DNA of 63,648 bases, filler included, from an uncultured Methanoregulaceae archaeon (GTDB lineage Archaea; Halobacteriota; Methanomicrobia; Methanomicrobiales; Methanospirillaceae): the NCBI GenBank assembly GCA_964530035.1. It is 7 parts of 7 records of this genome, joined end to end, with 100 filler letters (N's around TTAATTAATTAA, not from the genome) between each part and the next. Parts side by side here need not be neighbours in the genome. Positions count along the whole stretch, not along the records: positions 27,800 to 36,797 come from CAZGXZ010000103.1; positions 36,898 to 45,860 come from CAZGXZ010000104.1; 5 more parts are not named here. The stretch is one strand, 5' to 3'. How positions within the stretch are numbered: the first letter of the stretch is position 1; every line of letters begins with the position of its first letter. The translations under genes and the position numbers were made by a program. The notes beneath the pieces were generated by a model that ran no database searches, was not told the origin of the DNA, and saw only the letters and a program-made list of their open reading frames with translations. Shown here piece by piece: positions 29,672 through 39,282 of the stretch.

Positions 29672-31387
29672 TCATCCAGCATCAGTCTTGGCCGGCTCGG
29701 GCCTCACGTACCCTCCTCTTGGCACGAGGAGCTCAAAACGGGCCCCCTTTCCGGGCGTGCCGGTCTCCCGGATCGTGATGCCGGTCAGGGACAGGATCTC
29801 GCGGACGAGGAACAGTCCGAGACCGGTATTCTTCCCATAGCCCTTCTCAAATATCCGGTCTTTTATTTCGACGGGTATTCCGGTGCCATTATCTTCATAG
29901 GTGACAGACAGACCTTCCGGTGTTTCATTACCTCCAATCCTGATGGCAGTAACTCCGCCCCCGTGCCTCAGGGAGTTGTCCACGAGGTTGTAAAAGGCCC
30001 TCCCCAGCATCGGGTCGGCGAAGACCATGACACCAGCGAGGGCCGGTGATACCTGCACGAGAGAAGTGGCCTGTTCAGGGAGAGTCCGTTGCAGCACGCC
30101 CGAGAGATCCTGCCACCGGGCCGACTCGAGCCCGATAGTCTGGTAGTCACGGGTGAATGTGATCTGGCTTTTTAAGACCTCAGTCTGGTCCATGGCGCTT
30201 TCCAGGGCCTCCCCGGTCTCGGGCGGGATGGGACCGTCCTTCGCGAGCTCCAGGTACCCCATGAGTGCGGTGATGGTGTTGAGGATGTCGTGCCTCGTGA
30301 CCGAGGTAAGGAGCTGGAGCTTCTCATTCGCCTGTTTGAGGCTAAGCTCGGTCATGTGCCTCGTGTGACTGTCATGCAGGATGAGGATTGCCCCGTTGCC
30401 AGCGGTACCTTCCCCGGGGAGAGGGATAACCCTCTGGTCATAAAACCTGGGCTCCCTGCCATACGAGAGCGAAACTGTGACAGCGGTGTCCTGGCCCTCA
30501 TCCCCTTCCGGACGGGCAGGTGGCCACGGGATGAATGGGCGTACGGGCTGTCCGATCAGGGTTTCCCTGTCCTTGCCGACGATCCTGGCGGCCGCCGGGT
30601 TTGCCTCAACAATCCGGCCCTCGGGGTTGATGATGAAGACACCATCGACCATACGGTCAAGGAGGACCGGGAACGCGACCGGTGTAAGGGTGAGGAGCTG
30701 GAACCGCGAGGTCGCGAGGTAGAGGGCGGACGCCGATATTGTGAACGAGATAAGGAAGAACAGGACTGTTAGCGGTGAACCCGGGGCCAGGATCAGTACG
30801 ATGTGAATAAAGAACGGCAGGACGAATGCCGCGAGGATCATCGCAATCTGAGACCGGTAGATGCGGGGGGACCTGAAGAACCGGCTGAGTGCCAGGGAGA
30901 CACCAGAGATGACCAGCGTGTACGTATAGATGCTGTTGATCCAGAACCCGATCTCCGGCGTGAAATTGCTGATGACAATTCCTCCTGATACGGTCGTGGT
31001 GAAATTGCTCACGAAGAGGCTATGGAGCGGGTTCGTGCCGGCGAAGACGAGGAGGAGGAGTGGTACGACAAGGGACACGGCGAGGAGCCGTGGGGACAGG
31101 GAGCCGGTCTCGCCGAAGTAGACGAGGATGAAGAGGAAAAATAGTACTGGCAGGAGCAGCCTTGACGGGAGCTGCAGGAATATGAGAAGGCCGTTTATAG
31201 ATGTTTCATAGTATGAGAACGAGATGGTGAACAGGAGGGCGTACAACGAGGCGCAGGTCATGATCAGCACAGCGAGCCGTCCGGTAGTACTCGCACGGAA
31301 CTTCAGGCAGAGGACGAGGATGATGCAGAGGTACGCAGTCACCGCCATGCCTGCGATAAAAAGCGGCGTGAAATAAAAGACTCCCAT
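29672..31387 (-). CDS. Sensor histidine kinase (HisKA_7TM-like + PAS + HATPase)
   Basis: About 7 TM helices, PAS (ANPAA), H-box TRHDILN, N-box NLVDNS, G-boxes DNGTG and GLGL. Confidence 0.92.
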   Translation of the reverse strand: MGVFYFTPLFIAGMAVTAYLCIILVLCLKFRASTTGRLAVLIMTCASLYALLFTISFSYYETSINGLLIFLQLPSRLLLPVLFFLFILVYFGETGSLSPRLLAVSLVVPLLLLVFAGTNPLHSLFVSNFTTTVSGGIVISNFTPEIGFWINSIYTYTLVISGVSLALSRFFRSPRIYRSQIAMILAAFVLPFFIHIVLILAPGSPLTVLFFLISFTISASALYLATSRFQLLTLTPVAFPVLLDRMVDGVFIINPEGRIVEANPAAARIVGKDRETLIGQPVRPFIPWPPARPEGDEGQDTAVTVSLSYGREPRFYDQRVIPLPGEGTAGNGAILILHDSHTRHMTELSLKQANEKLQLLTSVTRHDILNTITALMGYLELAKDGPIPPETGEALESAMDQTEVLKSQITFTRDYQTIGLESARWQDLSGVLQRTLPEQATSLVQVSPALAGVMVFADPMLGRAFYNLVDNSLRHGGGVTAIRIGGNETPEGLSVTYEDNGTGIPVEIKDRIFEKGYGKNTGLGLFLVREILSLTGITIRETGTPGKGARFELLVPRGGYVRPEPAKTDAG

Positions 31388-31606
31388 GCCCGTCCTCCTG
31401 TTTTTTAATTACCCGGAACCTGAGCTATGTCACCATCCCTCAAGAATCCAGCGCCGGGATGGGGAGGGGGTCAGGTATGACCCATGACAGACCTGACCCT
31501 CCCGGAGACACGTACCCTTCCCGGAGAAGCACCGGGGGCGACCCGGGAAAGTACCTTAATATCCTCTCCTGCAGACATGGCAGGTATGCCGGGTTTTCGA
31601 GGACCT

Positions 31607-32176
31607 ATGCGGGTGTTTTTCATTCTTTGCCTATGGATGCTGCCGTGTGCTGCCCTGGGAGCGGCCTTTTCCACGGACCTGTCGGGAGCCGACCCCGACG
31701 TCCAGTCGTTCCGGTCGATCGACAACGCATCGCTTGCGCTGTACGCCGGCCAGAATGCGTTGCAGAACGGGCGGTACGAAGAGGCGCTCGAACAGTACAC
31801 GCTGGCCACCGAGGCCGACCCTTCATGGCTCGCCCCCTGGTACCTGAAAGCGTACAGCCTCACCAAGCTCAACCGGTACGAGGAGGCGCTTGTCGCAGTC
31901 GACCGTGCCCTGGCAATTGACCCTGACGACCGCGACTCGAACGACCTCAAGGCCGGCATCCTCGAGTACCTCGGGCGGAGCGGAGAGGCCGCAAAGTACC
32001 GGCGGACTCAGGCTGGCCAGCCGGCGACCATGACGGCTGCAGGGCCTGCAACCACAACTAAAAGGACCCCGGTCAGTCCCGCCGTAACCGCGGCCGGGCT
32101 CGGCTGCCTGGTCTTTGTCGCCGGGATGCGGTCCAGGAAATGCGGTTGTCGCACAACTCCGGCAGGGAGACCATGA
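31607..32176 (+). CDS. Exported TPR protein with C-terminal membrane anchor
   Basis: Signal peptide MRVFFILC, TPR repeats (YEEAL..DP), Thr-rich linker, TM helix and basic tail. Confidence 0.82.
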   Translation: MRVFFILCLWMLPCAALGAAFSTDLSGADPDVQSFRSIDNASLALYAGQNALQNGRYEEALEQYTLATEADPSWLAPWYLKAYSLTKLNRYEEALVAVDRALAIDPDDRDSNDLKAGILEYLGRSGEAAKYRRTQAGQPATMTAAGPATTTKRTPVSPAVTAAGLGCLVFVAGMRSRKCGCRTTPAGRP

Positions 32177-32898
32177 AGAACCCTGAATGGAAGTGGTTCT
32201 ATGCATCCCTGGTATCAGGGGTGTTCTTCACAGTGCTGTTCTTCACGGCCCAGGACATCATCGACTGCATGGAAGGCGGCTGTGCCATCATGTTCGTATC
32301 CATCTTCCTGGCCCTCACGTCGTTTGCCGTCGCCATCCTCTTCTTCACGCGTGCACGGCTCATGGACGATGTGCTTAGTGGAAAGAATGTCCTTGCCCAC
32401 TGGACCTATCCGGAGGAGGAGACCCGGAAAAACGCAGAGCGCGAGTACGCCAGCTACCGGGAGAACAACATGGGGCTCCTTCTCATCGTTTCCATATTCA
32501 TGCTCATCGCCATGGCATTCATGGCGATATTCATGGGAGAGGCCGGGCTCATGACCGCGGCCGTCCTTCTCGTGGTCCTCCTGATATGCGCCGTCGTTGC
32601 AGTTGCCGCCCCCTGGCTGGTGTTCAGGCGTGCTCTCAGGGCGGCAAGGGAGGCATACATCTCGGACCGGGGCGTTATCTACGAAGGGTCGGTGTACCCG
32701 TTCCGTTCATTCCTCGTATGGATGACCCGGGTATCGTTCGTTGATGAGACCCCGAAGCACCCATCGCTGCTGGTCTTTTCTTTTTTCCAGATTGTCGGTT
32801 ACAGCCTGTTCCGGACCGATGATATCTGCATACCCGTGCCCCGTGGCGAGGAGGATACCGCACGGAGGATCGCGGAGATGCTCGGTCGCAAGGCCTGA
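32173..32898 (+). CDS. Hypothetical membrane protein (about 4 TM)
   Basis: ATGA overlap with the TPR gene; LAHWTY and IPVPRGEE motifs. Confidence 0.78.
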   Translation: MKNPEWKWFYASLVSGVFFTVLFFTAQDIIDCMEGGCAIMFVSIFLALTSFAVAILFFTRARLMDDVLSGKNVLAHWTYPEEETRKNAEREYASYRENNMGLLLIVSIFMLIAMAFMAIFMGEAGLMTAAVLLVVLLICAVVAVAAPWLVFRRALRAAREAYISDRGVIYEGSVYPFRSFLVWMTRVSFVDETPKHPSLLVFSFFQIVGYSLFRTDDICIPVPRGEEDTARRIAEMLGRKA

Positions 32899-32967
32899 TG
32901 ACGAAGCTATAACCCGTTTTCCAGGCAGGCGGGGAGGCCCGGCGGGTACCAGGGGCGGAATGGGCAC

Positions 32968-33597
32968 TTAACGGTGGTGGCGGCCGGCATTTTTCTCTCT
33001 GCTGTCCATCACGGCCATGTACAGCTCCTCCATGGACACCGGTGCGAAACCGGTCACATCGACACTCACGTTCACCCGCCTCAGTACCACGTCGATGAAC
33101 GGGCTGTCCCCATGGGTATGCCCGTGGATCACCCACTCGCCATCCGGGTTCAGGGTTGCCGCCAGAGGGTCTTCGGGATCATGGATCACGAGGAACCGCA
33201 TGTCCCGGAAGGTTACCCGGGCGTGCGTGTCCCACCCGGTCCTGTCATGGTTCCCCTTCACAAAGGTCATCTTCCCTGACAGGCGCCCGAGGAAGGTGCG
33301 GTCACCGAAGTCCCCGAGGCAGAACACCCGGTCGTACTTCCCGACCCGGTGGTTCCAGTTCGAGACCAGGTGGTAATTCATGTGTGTGACGTCGTGGAAG
33401 AACCGCTGCCTGCACCAGGAAAAGACCCTCCTGTGGCCGAAGTGGGTGTCCGAGATGAACCACACCCGCGTCCCGTCCCTGGCTTCCCATTGGTCCGGTC
33501 CCGTCCGTATGGCGACCCTCCTGGCAATGAAGACCCGGTACAGGAACTCGCGGACGCGACCGGCCATGTGTACCTGCCCTGTCTGTGGCCGGTCCAT
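32968..33597 (-). CDS. Calcineurin-like metallophosphoesterase (COG4186-like)
   Basis: SDTHFGH, LGDF, GNHD, HGHTH, NVSVD. Start may be 33567. Confidence 0.88.
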   Translation of the reverse strand: MDRPQTGQVHMAGRVREFLYRVFIARRVAIRTGPDQWEARDGTRVWFISDTHFGHRRVFSWCRQRFFHDVTHMNYHLVSNWNHRVGKYDRVFCLGDFGDRTFLGRLSGKMTFVKGNHDRTGWDTHARVTFRDMRFLVIHDPEDPLAATLNPDGEWVIHGHTHGDSPFIDVVLRRVNVSVDVTGFAPVSMEELYMAVMDSREKNAGRHHR

Positions 33598-33750
33598 TAA
33601 AAGTCACCGGAGGTGCTGAGGGCGGTGTGGAGGACGGACCCTCCGGCCGCCAGTCACCCGGGCAGATGTGACCCGGGAGGAGGGCAAGGTTTAATCCCGG
33701 CCTGGACCATGCATTAGACACATAAGGAAATTCAGAGGCGATAACGGACC

Positions 33751-34218
33751 ATGGACGAGGAGTGCTGCCCCGTGTTCGATCCCGCCCCCTGGGACGGGAA
33801 GACGCACATATGGGAGGACAAGCGGTTTGTACGTGACCATGTCAGGACCTTTTTCTACATCCCCCTGAACTTCGGGACGGTGATCACGAGGATGAACGGG
33901 GCCGTGGAAGCAGCCGGTGCCGGAATGCCCGACCGGCTTTGCCTCTCTGACCATACCTCGAAATGGAACATGGACATCCTCCTCGCGGTCGACCGGGAGG
34001 TCCCGGGCATGGAGAACGTGACCCTGTCGGGAACCTACATGAGCAAAGCGTACGAGGGGCCCTTTAAAGAAACGGGCAAATGGTGCAGCGATTTTGAATC
34101 CTATGTGAAGGAGAGCGGCCGGACCATCAGGAAGCTGTACATGTGGTACACGACCTGCCCGAAGTGTGCGAGGAAATATGGGAAGAACCCGGTTGTCGTC
34201 CTTGCCGAAGTAGGGTAA
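33751..34218 (+). CDS. Conserved GyrI-like / putative hydrolase family protein
   Basis: CCPVFDPAPWD, YEGPF, WYTTCPKCARKYGKN. Confidence 0.7.
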   Translation: MDEECCPVFDPAPWDGKTHIWEDKRFVRDHVRTFFYIPLNFGTVITRMNGAVEAAGAGMPDRLCLSDHTSKWNMDILLAVDREVPGMENVTLSGTYMSKAYEGPFKETGKWCSDFESYVKESGRTIRKLYMWYTTCPKCARKYGKNPVVVLAEVG

Positions 34219-34570
34219 GGGACCGCGGCCACCACATATACCTCTCACCCGCGGTCTTCCAGGTGCCTGACGGCCTGCTGCAGGTCCGGGAGAAGGTGGG
34301 AAGGATGCCAGGGGCGGGAACTGAACACTCCAATGAAATGGTTCATGGACGGTTTTTCAGGTATTGTGGCCATAAACCCGGAAATGGCCCGGACGTGCCC
34401 TGTCTGCCCCTTGGCCCCGGGTTCTTGAAGAAGCAGGGTTGTGGATTTTTTCAGGCCGGAAGGGCATTCTCCGGATGGCCCGGGGAGCCCCACCTCCACC
34501 ACCTTTATCCTCGTTCTGCTACACAGGTACATCGGGAAAAAGGGCTGTAATGACACCCCGGGAAGGCCCC

Positions 34571-36797
34571 ATGTACTCGGTCCTGTACGTTGATGACGAA
34601 CCCGCGCTTCTCACCGTGGCCAAACTCTTTCTTGAAAGGACGGGAGAATTCAAGGTCGAACCAAGGACATCGGCCGTAGCCGCACTCGCCTACCTTGCAG
34701 GCCACCCGTGCGACGCGGTCATCGCTGATTACCAGATGCCTGAGCTTGACGGGATAGCGTTCCTGAAGGCTGTCCGGCAGCGCCACGGAGACCTCCCGTT
34801 TATCATCACGACAGGCAGGGGGAGCGAGGCGGTCGTGATCGAGGCCATCAATAACGGAGCTGACTTCTATGTCCAGAAGGGCGGCGACCCGTCCGTGCAG
34901 TACGCAGAGATCGCAAGAAAAACCGAGCAGGCGATATCCCGGAGAAGGGTCGAACAGGCATTGCGGGAAACCAGGGCCGATCTCGACCAGAAAGAGGAGT
35001 ACCTGAGGACGATATTCAACGCAGTCAGGGCAGGTATCGTCATCATCGATGCAGTGACCCACGAGGTCGTCGATGTCAACCCTGCCGCACTCGGGATGTA
35101 CGGCGGGAAGAAAGAGGACCTGGTCGGAAAAAAGTGCCACTGCTTCATCTGTCCCGCAATGGAGGGCAAATGCCCGATCACGGACCTGAGACAGACCGTA
35201 GACAACAGTGAACAGGTCCTCATCACCGCAACCGGTGAACGGAAGGCCATCATCAAGGACGCGGTTCCCATAACGCTGCAGGGGCGTCCCTGCATCCTCG
35301 AGACCTTCATCGATAATACGGACCGGAAGAGAGCTGAAGAAGCACACCTGGAATCGGAACGGCAACTCATGGACATCATCGCCTTTCTCCCGGAACCGAC
35401 CTTTGCCATCAACAGCTCGGGCCGGGTCATAGCCTGGAACCGTGCGGTCGAGGAGCTGACCGGGGTCCCGTCCGGCGATATGATCGGCAGGGGAAACCAT
35501 GAGTATTCCCTCCCCTTCTATGAGTCCCGGCGCCCGGTCCTCATCGACCTGGTAGACAAGACGGACGAGGTAATTGCGACATACTACCCTGAGTTCAGGC
35601 GTGAAGGGGACTCGCTCGTTGTGGAGGCAGAGCTGGTCGGGGTACGCGGTGGCGGAATCACCGCGCTGGTGAAGGCCTGCCCCTTACGGGACATCCATGG
35701 AGAGGTGACCGGGGCTATCGCGTCACTCAGGGACATCTCCCGCGATAAGGCCGCTGAGAAGGCGCTTCTTGCCAGCGAGAAGAAGTACCGGGACCTCGCT
35801 GACCTCCTCCCCCAGATGGTCTACGAAATGGACCTCGATTTCCGGATAACCTTTGCAAACAAGCTGGCACTCTCGGTGTTCGGCCAGACCGAACAGGACC
35901 TCCAGAAGGGATTGAACGCCTTCGCCTTCATCGACCCGTCCCAGCATGCGAAGGTCAGGGAGGTCGCCACCAGGATCCAGAACGGATCGTCCTATGAAAC
36001 CCTTGAATTCACCGCAATCGGAAAGGACGGAAGGTCATTTCCTGTTGTCATCTTCTCCGCCCCGGTTTACCAGGACAATGTCATGAGCGGGTACCGTGGC
36101 ATACTCATCGATATTTCCGAGAGGAAAAAGATGGAGCACGGGCTTCGGGAGAGCGAGAAAAAGTTCCGCACGGTCTTCGAACACAGCCCGTACCCCATCG
36201 CCGTAAACTCCTACCCCGATGGTGCGTTCATGATGGTCAACGCAGCGTTCCTGAACGCGAGCGGGTACACCGTGGAGGAAGTGACCGGTAAAAACCCGGT
36301 CGAGCTCGGGATGCTGTCGGTTATCGACTCGGGCAAGCTCTTCTCCAGGATGGCGCTCGCCGGGAAGATCGAAGGACTGCCCATAACACTCTCGGCCAAG
36401 GAAAAGAAGCGTGTCGAAGTCATTTTTTCGAGCATCCCTGTAACCATTGATAACCGCCCGGCGGTCATCAGCATCGCGGCCGAGGTCACGAAACTCAAGA
36501 AGATCGAGAAGGACGTCCTCCAGAAAAACGAGGCACTCCGTGCCGCGTACCAGGAACTCAGCGCGACCGAGGAGAAGCTGCGGCAGAACTTCGGGGAACT
36601 GAGCCGCCAGGAAAAGAACCTCCGTGAAAGCGAGGAGAAGTTCCGGGCCCTCGTTGAGACCTCGCTCGAGGGAGTCCTGATAACAGACTATACCGGGAAG
36701 ATCCTTTTTGTGAACAAGGCCGCGGGGCATATCGTGGACATCGCGGATTACAAGGCCCTTGCCGGAAAGGAAAGCGTCTTCAGGTTCATTGCACCTG
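34571..36797 (+). CDS. REC-multiPAS hybrid sensor protein (3' truncated)
   Basis: YVDDE, ADYQMP, TGRG, K (receiver), followed by several PAS/PAC domains. Paralog of 60351-62972. Confidence 0.92.
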
Positions 36798-36897
36798 NNN
36801 NNNNNNNNNNNNNNNNNNNNNNNNNNNNNNNNNNNNNNNNNTTAATTAATTAANNNNNNNNNNNNNNNNNNNNNNNNNNNNNNNNNNNNNNNNNNNN
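36798..36897. other. Artificial contig linker
   Basis: N44-TTAATTAATTAA-N44. Confidence 0.99.
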
Positions 36898-36943
36898 GGG
36901 CATCATCAAGTCCCTCTACGAAGATGAAGAGTCTTTTATCCAT
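36898..36943 (-). CDS. N-terminus of a TOPRIM-like protein (truncated by contig end)
   Basis: ATG abuts the ATPase stop (TGAATG). MDKRLFIFVEGLDDA carries the TOPRIM hhhVEGxxD motif. Confidence 0.7.
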
Positions 36944-38185
36944 TCATTCCATCCCAAGGAGGTTCTGGATGAATAACTCGTCTATCCCGATGTTGTTATC
37001 GAGAAATTCCACTATCTCCCGCCTGGTCACCGGTCTGAATGCCTGGGAATATCCTTCCGGGTCCCGGTTGACAAGCAGGAGGTCTGCCGGTTCGACATAT
37101 TTTACCATCTCCGGGTGATGGGTGGATATGAAAATCTGGCGGTTATAGGAGGCATCCTTAATCATCTGTGCCACCCGGGAGATCAGGTACGGGTGGAGGT
37201 TCCTCTCAGGCTCTTCTATGATGCAGACAGGGTTCTCCTCGAAGAATAACGCAATGATTAGGTCTGCTATCAGGATTGTTCCATCGGAGATTGCTGCCGC
37301 GGGAATAGTCCTTTCCCTGTCGAACTGCTCGCGCAATGCAAAAAAAAGGTTCGTCCCCATGATATTATCGATGACTATCTCGTCAACAAAGGGGAGTAGG
37401 TCCTTTATCAGGGTAAAAAAAAGGTCTTTTTTTTGGGAATCATTCAGGATCCTGTTGATTACCAGGGGAAGGTTCTGTCCGTTTTCTTCGAGGTCAGCCA
37501 TCGATGTAAAGGGAATCGCCTTCTTCGCCATGCGGGGGTCAAAATCATACACCCTGATCGCCCCCAGGAGGGAAGAGAGACAGGGCATCCCGGGGAACCC
37601 GATGGTCGCGTTCATTAAAAGACGGTTCTGGGCGAGCGGTTTTTCGATGCTTATGGACGACCCGTCCTGCACCCTGCCATCAGGAGTATGGATCAGATAT
37701 CTCATCATCCCGTTTTCATGCACAATCCTGAGTTCAATCGGGGTGCCTGCCTCCGTGGAGGGACTTCCTGGTGGGTGGAATGTCCCTGTAATGGTGACGG
37801 TATCATCAATTACCTGCACTTCATGCTGGTCGCCGGAAAATGAAAGCGAGAAGCGGTATGTCATCCCGCTGCCAGTAAAAAGTCCGTTTTCATAGGGTGG
37901 GAGGTCGACCTGGTCCACATAGGGACAGTCAAAAAGCCACGTGATGGCAAATGAAAGGGGGGTAGTATACGCAATTCTTGTGTTGAGGAGGAATGCAGGG
38001 CCGCCCTGGAGAGAAATCGCATTTTCAAGCCCATGCCTGGCGCAATCACGGATGAATGAAAATGCCTGGATTATATTGCTCTTGCCTGCGGCGTTCGACC
38101 CGATTATCACGTTCATCCGCCCGGGCTGAATTCGCAGGGATTTGAAACTCCTGAAATTTTCTATGGATATGTCGGTAATGGGCAT
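36944..38185 (-). CDS. ABC-type (AAA_15/AAA_21, OLD/AbiEii-like) soluble ATPase
   Basis: IENFRSF, Walker A GSNAAGKS, signature ISDG, Walker B IIEEPE, STHHP. No TM segments. Confidence 0.9.
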   Translation of the reverse strand: MPITDISIENFRSFKSLRIQPGRMNVIIGSNAAGKSNIIQAFSFIRDCARHGLENAISLQGGPAFLLNTRIAYTTPLSFAITWLFDCPYVDQVDLPPYENGLFTGSGMTYRFSLSFSGDQHEVQVIDDTVTITGTFHPPGSPSTEAGTPIELRIVHENGMMRYLIHTPDGRVQDGSSISIEKPLAQNRLLMNATIGFPGMPCLSSLLGAIRVYDFDPRMAKKAIPFTSMADLEENGQNLPLVINRILNDSQKKDLFFTLIKDLLPFVDEIVIDNIMGTNLFFALREQFDRERTIPAAAISDGTILIADLIIALFFEENPVCIIEEPERNLHPYLISRVAQMIKDASYNRQIFISTHHPEMVKYVEPADLLLVNRDPEGYSQAFRPVTRREIVEFLDNNIGIDELFIQNLLGME

Positions 38186-38261
38186 CCAACCGGATTGTAT
38201 CCTTTTCATATGGCAAATATCTTCGCCACGAGAGGATGCCGCATTTTTTCAGGATAAACGT

Positions 38262-38684
38262 TTATTGGTGGTGGTTGGACCGGGTGATGGTAAGGATGTT
38301 TTTTCCGCCTGAGTACGAATACTCGACTTCGTCAGAAAGTCTTCGTATCATGAGGATACCGAGCCCGCCGATCCGCCTGTCCTCGATACCCTCGGTAATG
38401 TCAGGGACCGGGTGCATCAGGGGATTGAATGGGACACCCTCATCTGACAGGATGAGACGGGCCGTTTCATGAGTCACCTCGCACCGTACAATTACTCTTC
38501 CGCCAACCCTCCCGGGATAGGCATACGATGCAATGTTGACAAATGCTTCCTCGGCTGACAGGACGAGCGGCATCGTAACCGAAGGGTCAGCTCCAGATGA
38601 TGCAAGGGCTTTTTCAACAAATGAGGTTACCTCTGAAACACGGGTGACCTCTGCCGGAACGACCAGTTCAGAGACTGAAATCAC
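38262..38684 (-). CDS. RsbW/SpoIIAB-like Ser/Thr kinase (HATPase_c_2)
   Basis: EEAFVNIASYAY, DEGVPFNP, GGLGI, GKNILTI. GTG start assumed. Confidence 0.92.
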   Translation of the reverse strand: MISVSELVVPAEVTRVSEVTSFVEKALASSGADPSVTMPLVLSAEEAFVNIASYAYPGRVGGRVIVRCEVTHETARLILSDEGVPFNPLMHPVPDITEGIEDRRIGGLGILMIRRLSDEVEYSYSGGKNILTITRSNHHQ

Positions 38685-38829
38685 CTGATAGCCTCCAGGG
38701 ACCCGGCCCGGGAAAAGGCAGCGCCGTTCATGGTGACCCGGCGGTCCTGCCAGGTAATAGTGGCACTTCTGAATGCGACACTTCGACACCTGTTTTTACT
38801 CTTATCATGAATTTTTCCCGATCAGGCGA

Positions 38830-39180
38830 TCAGGGGACAAATGATGAGACTGCATCTGACTCGGAAGCGTAGACCCCGAAGATCCTTGAAAAACCGGTCA
38901 TCGTTATCACCTCGGCGACGGTCTGGGTCATTTCTGCCAGTTTCAAATCACCTCCATTCTTTTTAAGGCGTTTTAACGCGGCGAGAATGACCCTGAGCCC
39001 TGAACTGCTGATATACTCGAGTCCGGACAGCGATGCGACGATCCTGACTACCCCGGCATCCATCACAGCATTCAGCTCGCGCTCAAGATCCTGCGAAGTA
39101 GCCGCGTCAAGCCTTCCTGCAAGGGCTATGACCTCTACATCTCCCTCTGTCCTGCGGCTGATGGTAAGAGTACTGCTCAT
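38830..39180 (-). CDS. STAS domain anti-anti-sigma-like protein (RsbV/SpoIIAA-like)
   Basis: GRLDA, EYISSSGLRV, TGFSRIF. Confidence 0.93.
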   Translation of the reverse strand: MSSTLTISRRTEGDVEVIALAGRLDAATSQDLERELNAVMDAGVVRIVASLSGLEYISSSGLRVILAALKRLKKNGGDLKLAEMTQTVAEVITMTGFSRIFGVYASESDAVSSFVP

Positions 39181-39282
39181 CACTGGGTGCATTGGGTTTG
39201 AACCGACTTGAGCCTTTAGGTGGGGCGTGAGGTGTTTTCTCACTCCCTCGCCCCTTCTGTTTCGTTAACCCTATCTGCCTGA

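Noticed and set aside
34245..34556. Short ORFs here, at 44380-44760 and at 59742-60095
   Set aside because: No motifs or operon coupling, and competing frames are equally plausible.
34505..35500. Long antisense ORFs (also 16083-17006, 24115-24858, 48347-49270, 53755-54759)
   Set aside because: Shadow ORFs opposite well-supported GC3-rich genes, with no recognisable motifs.
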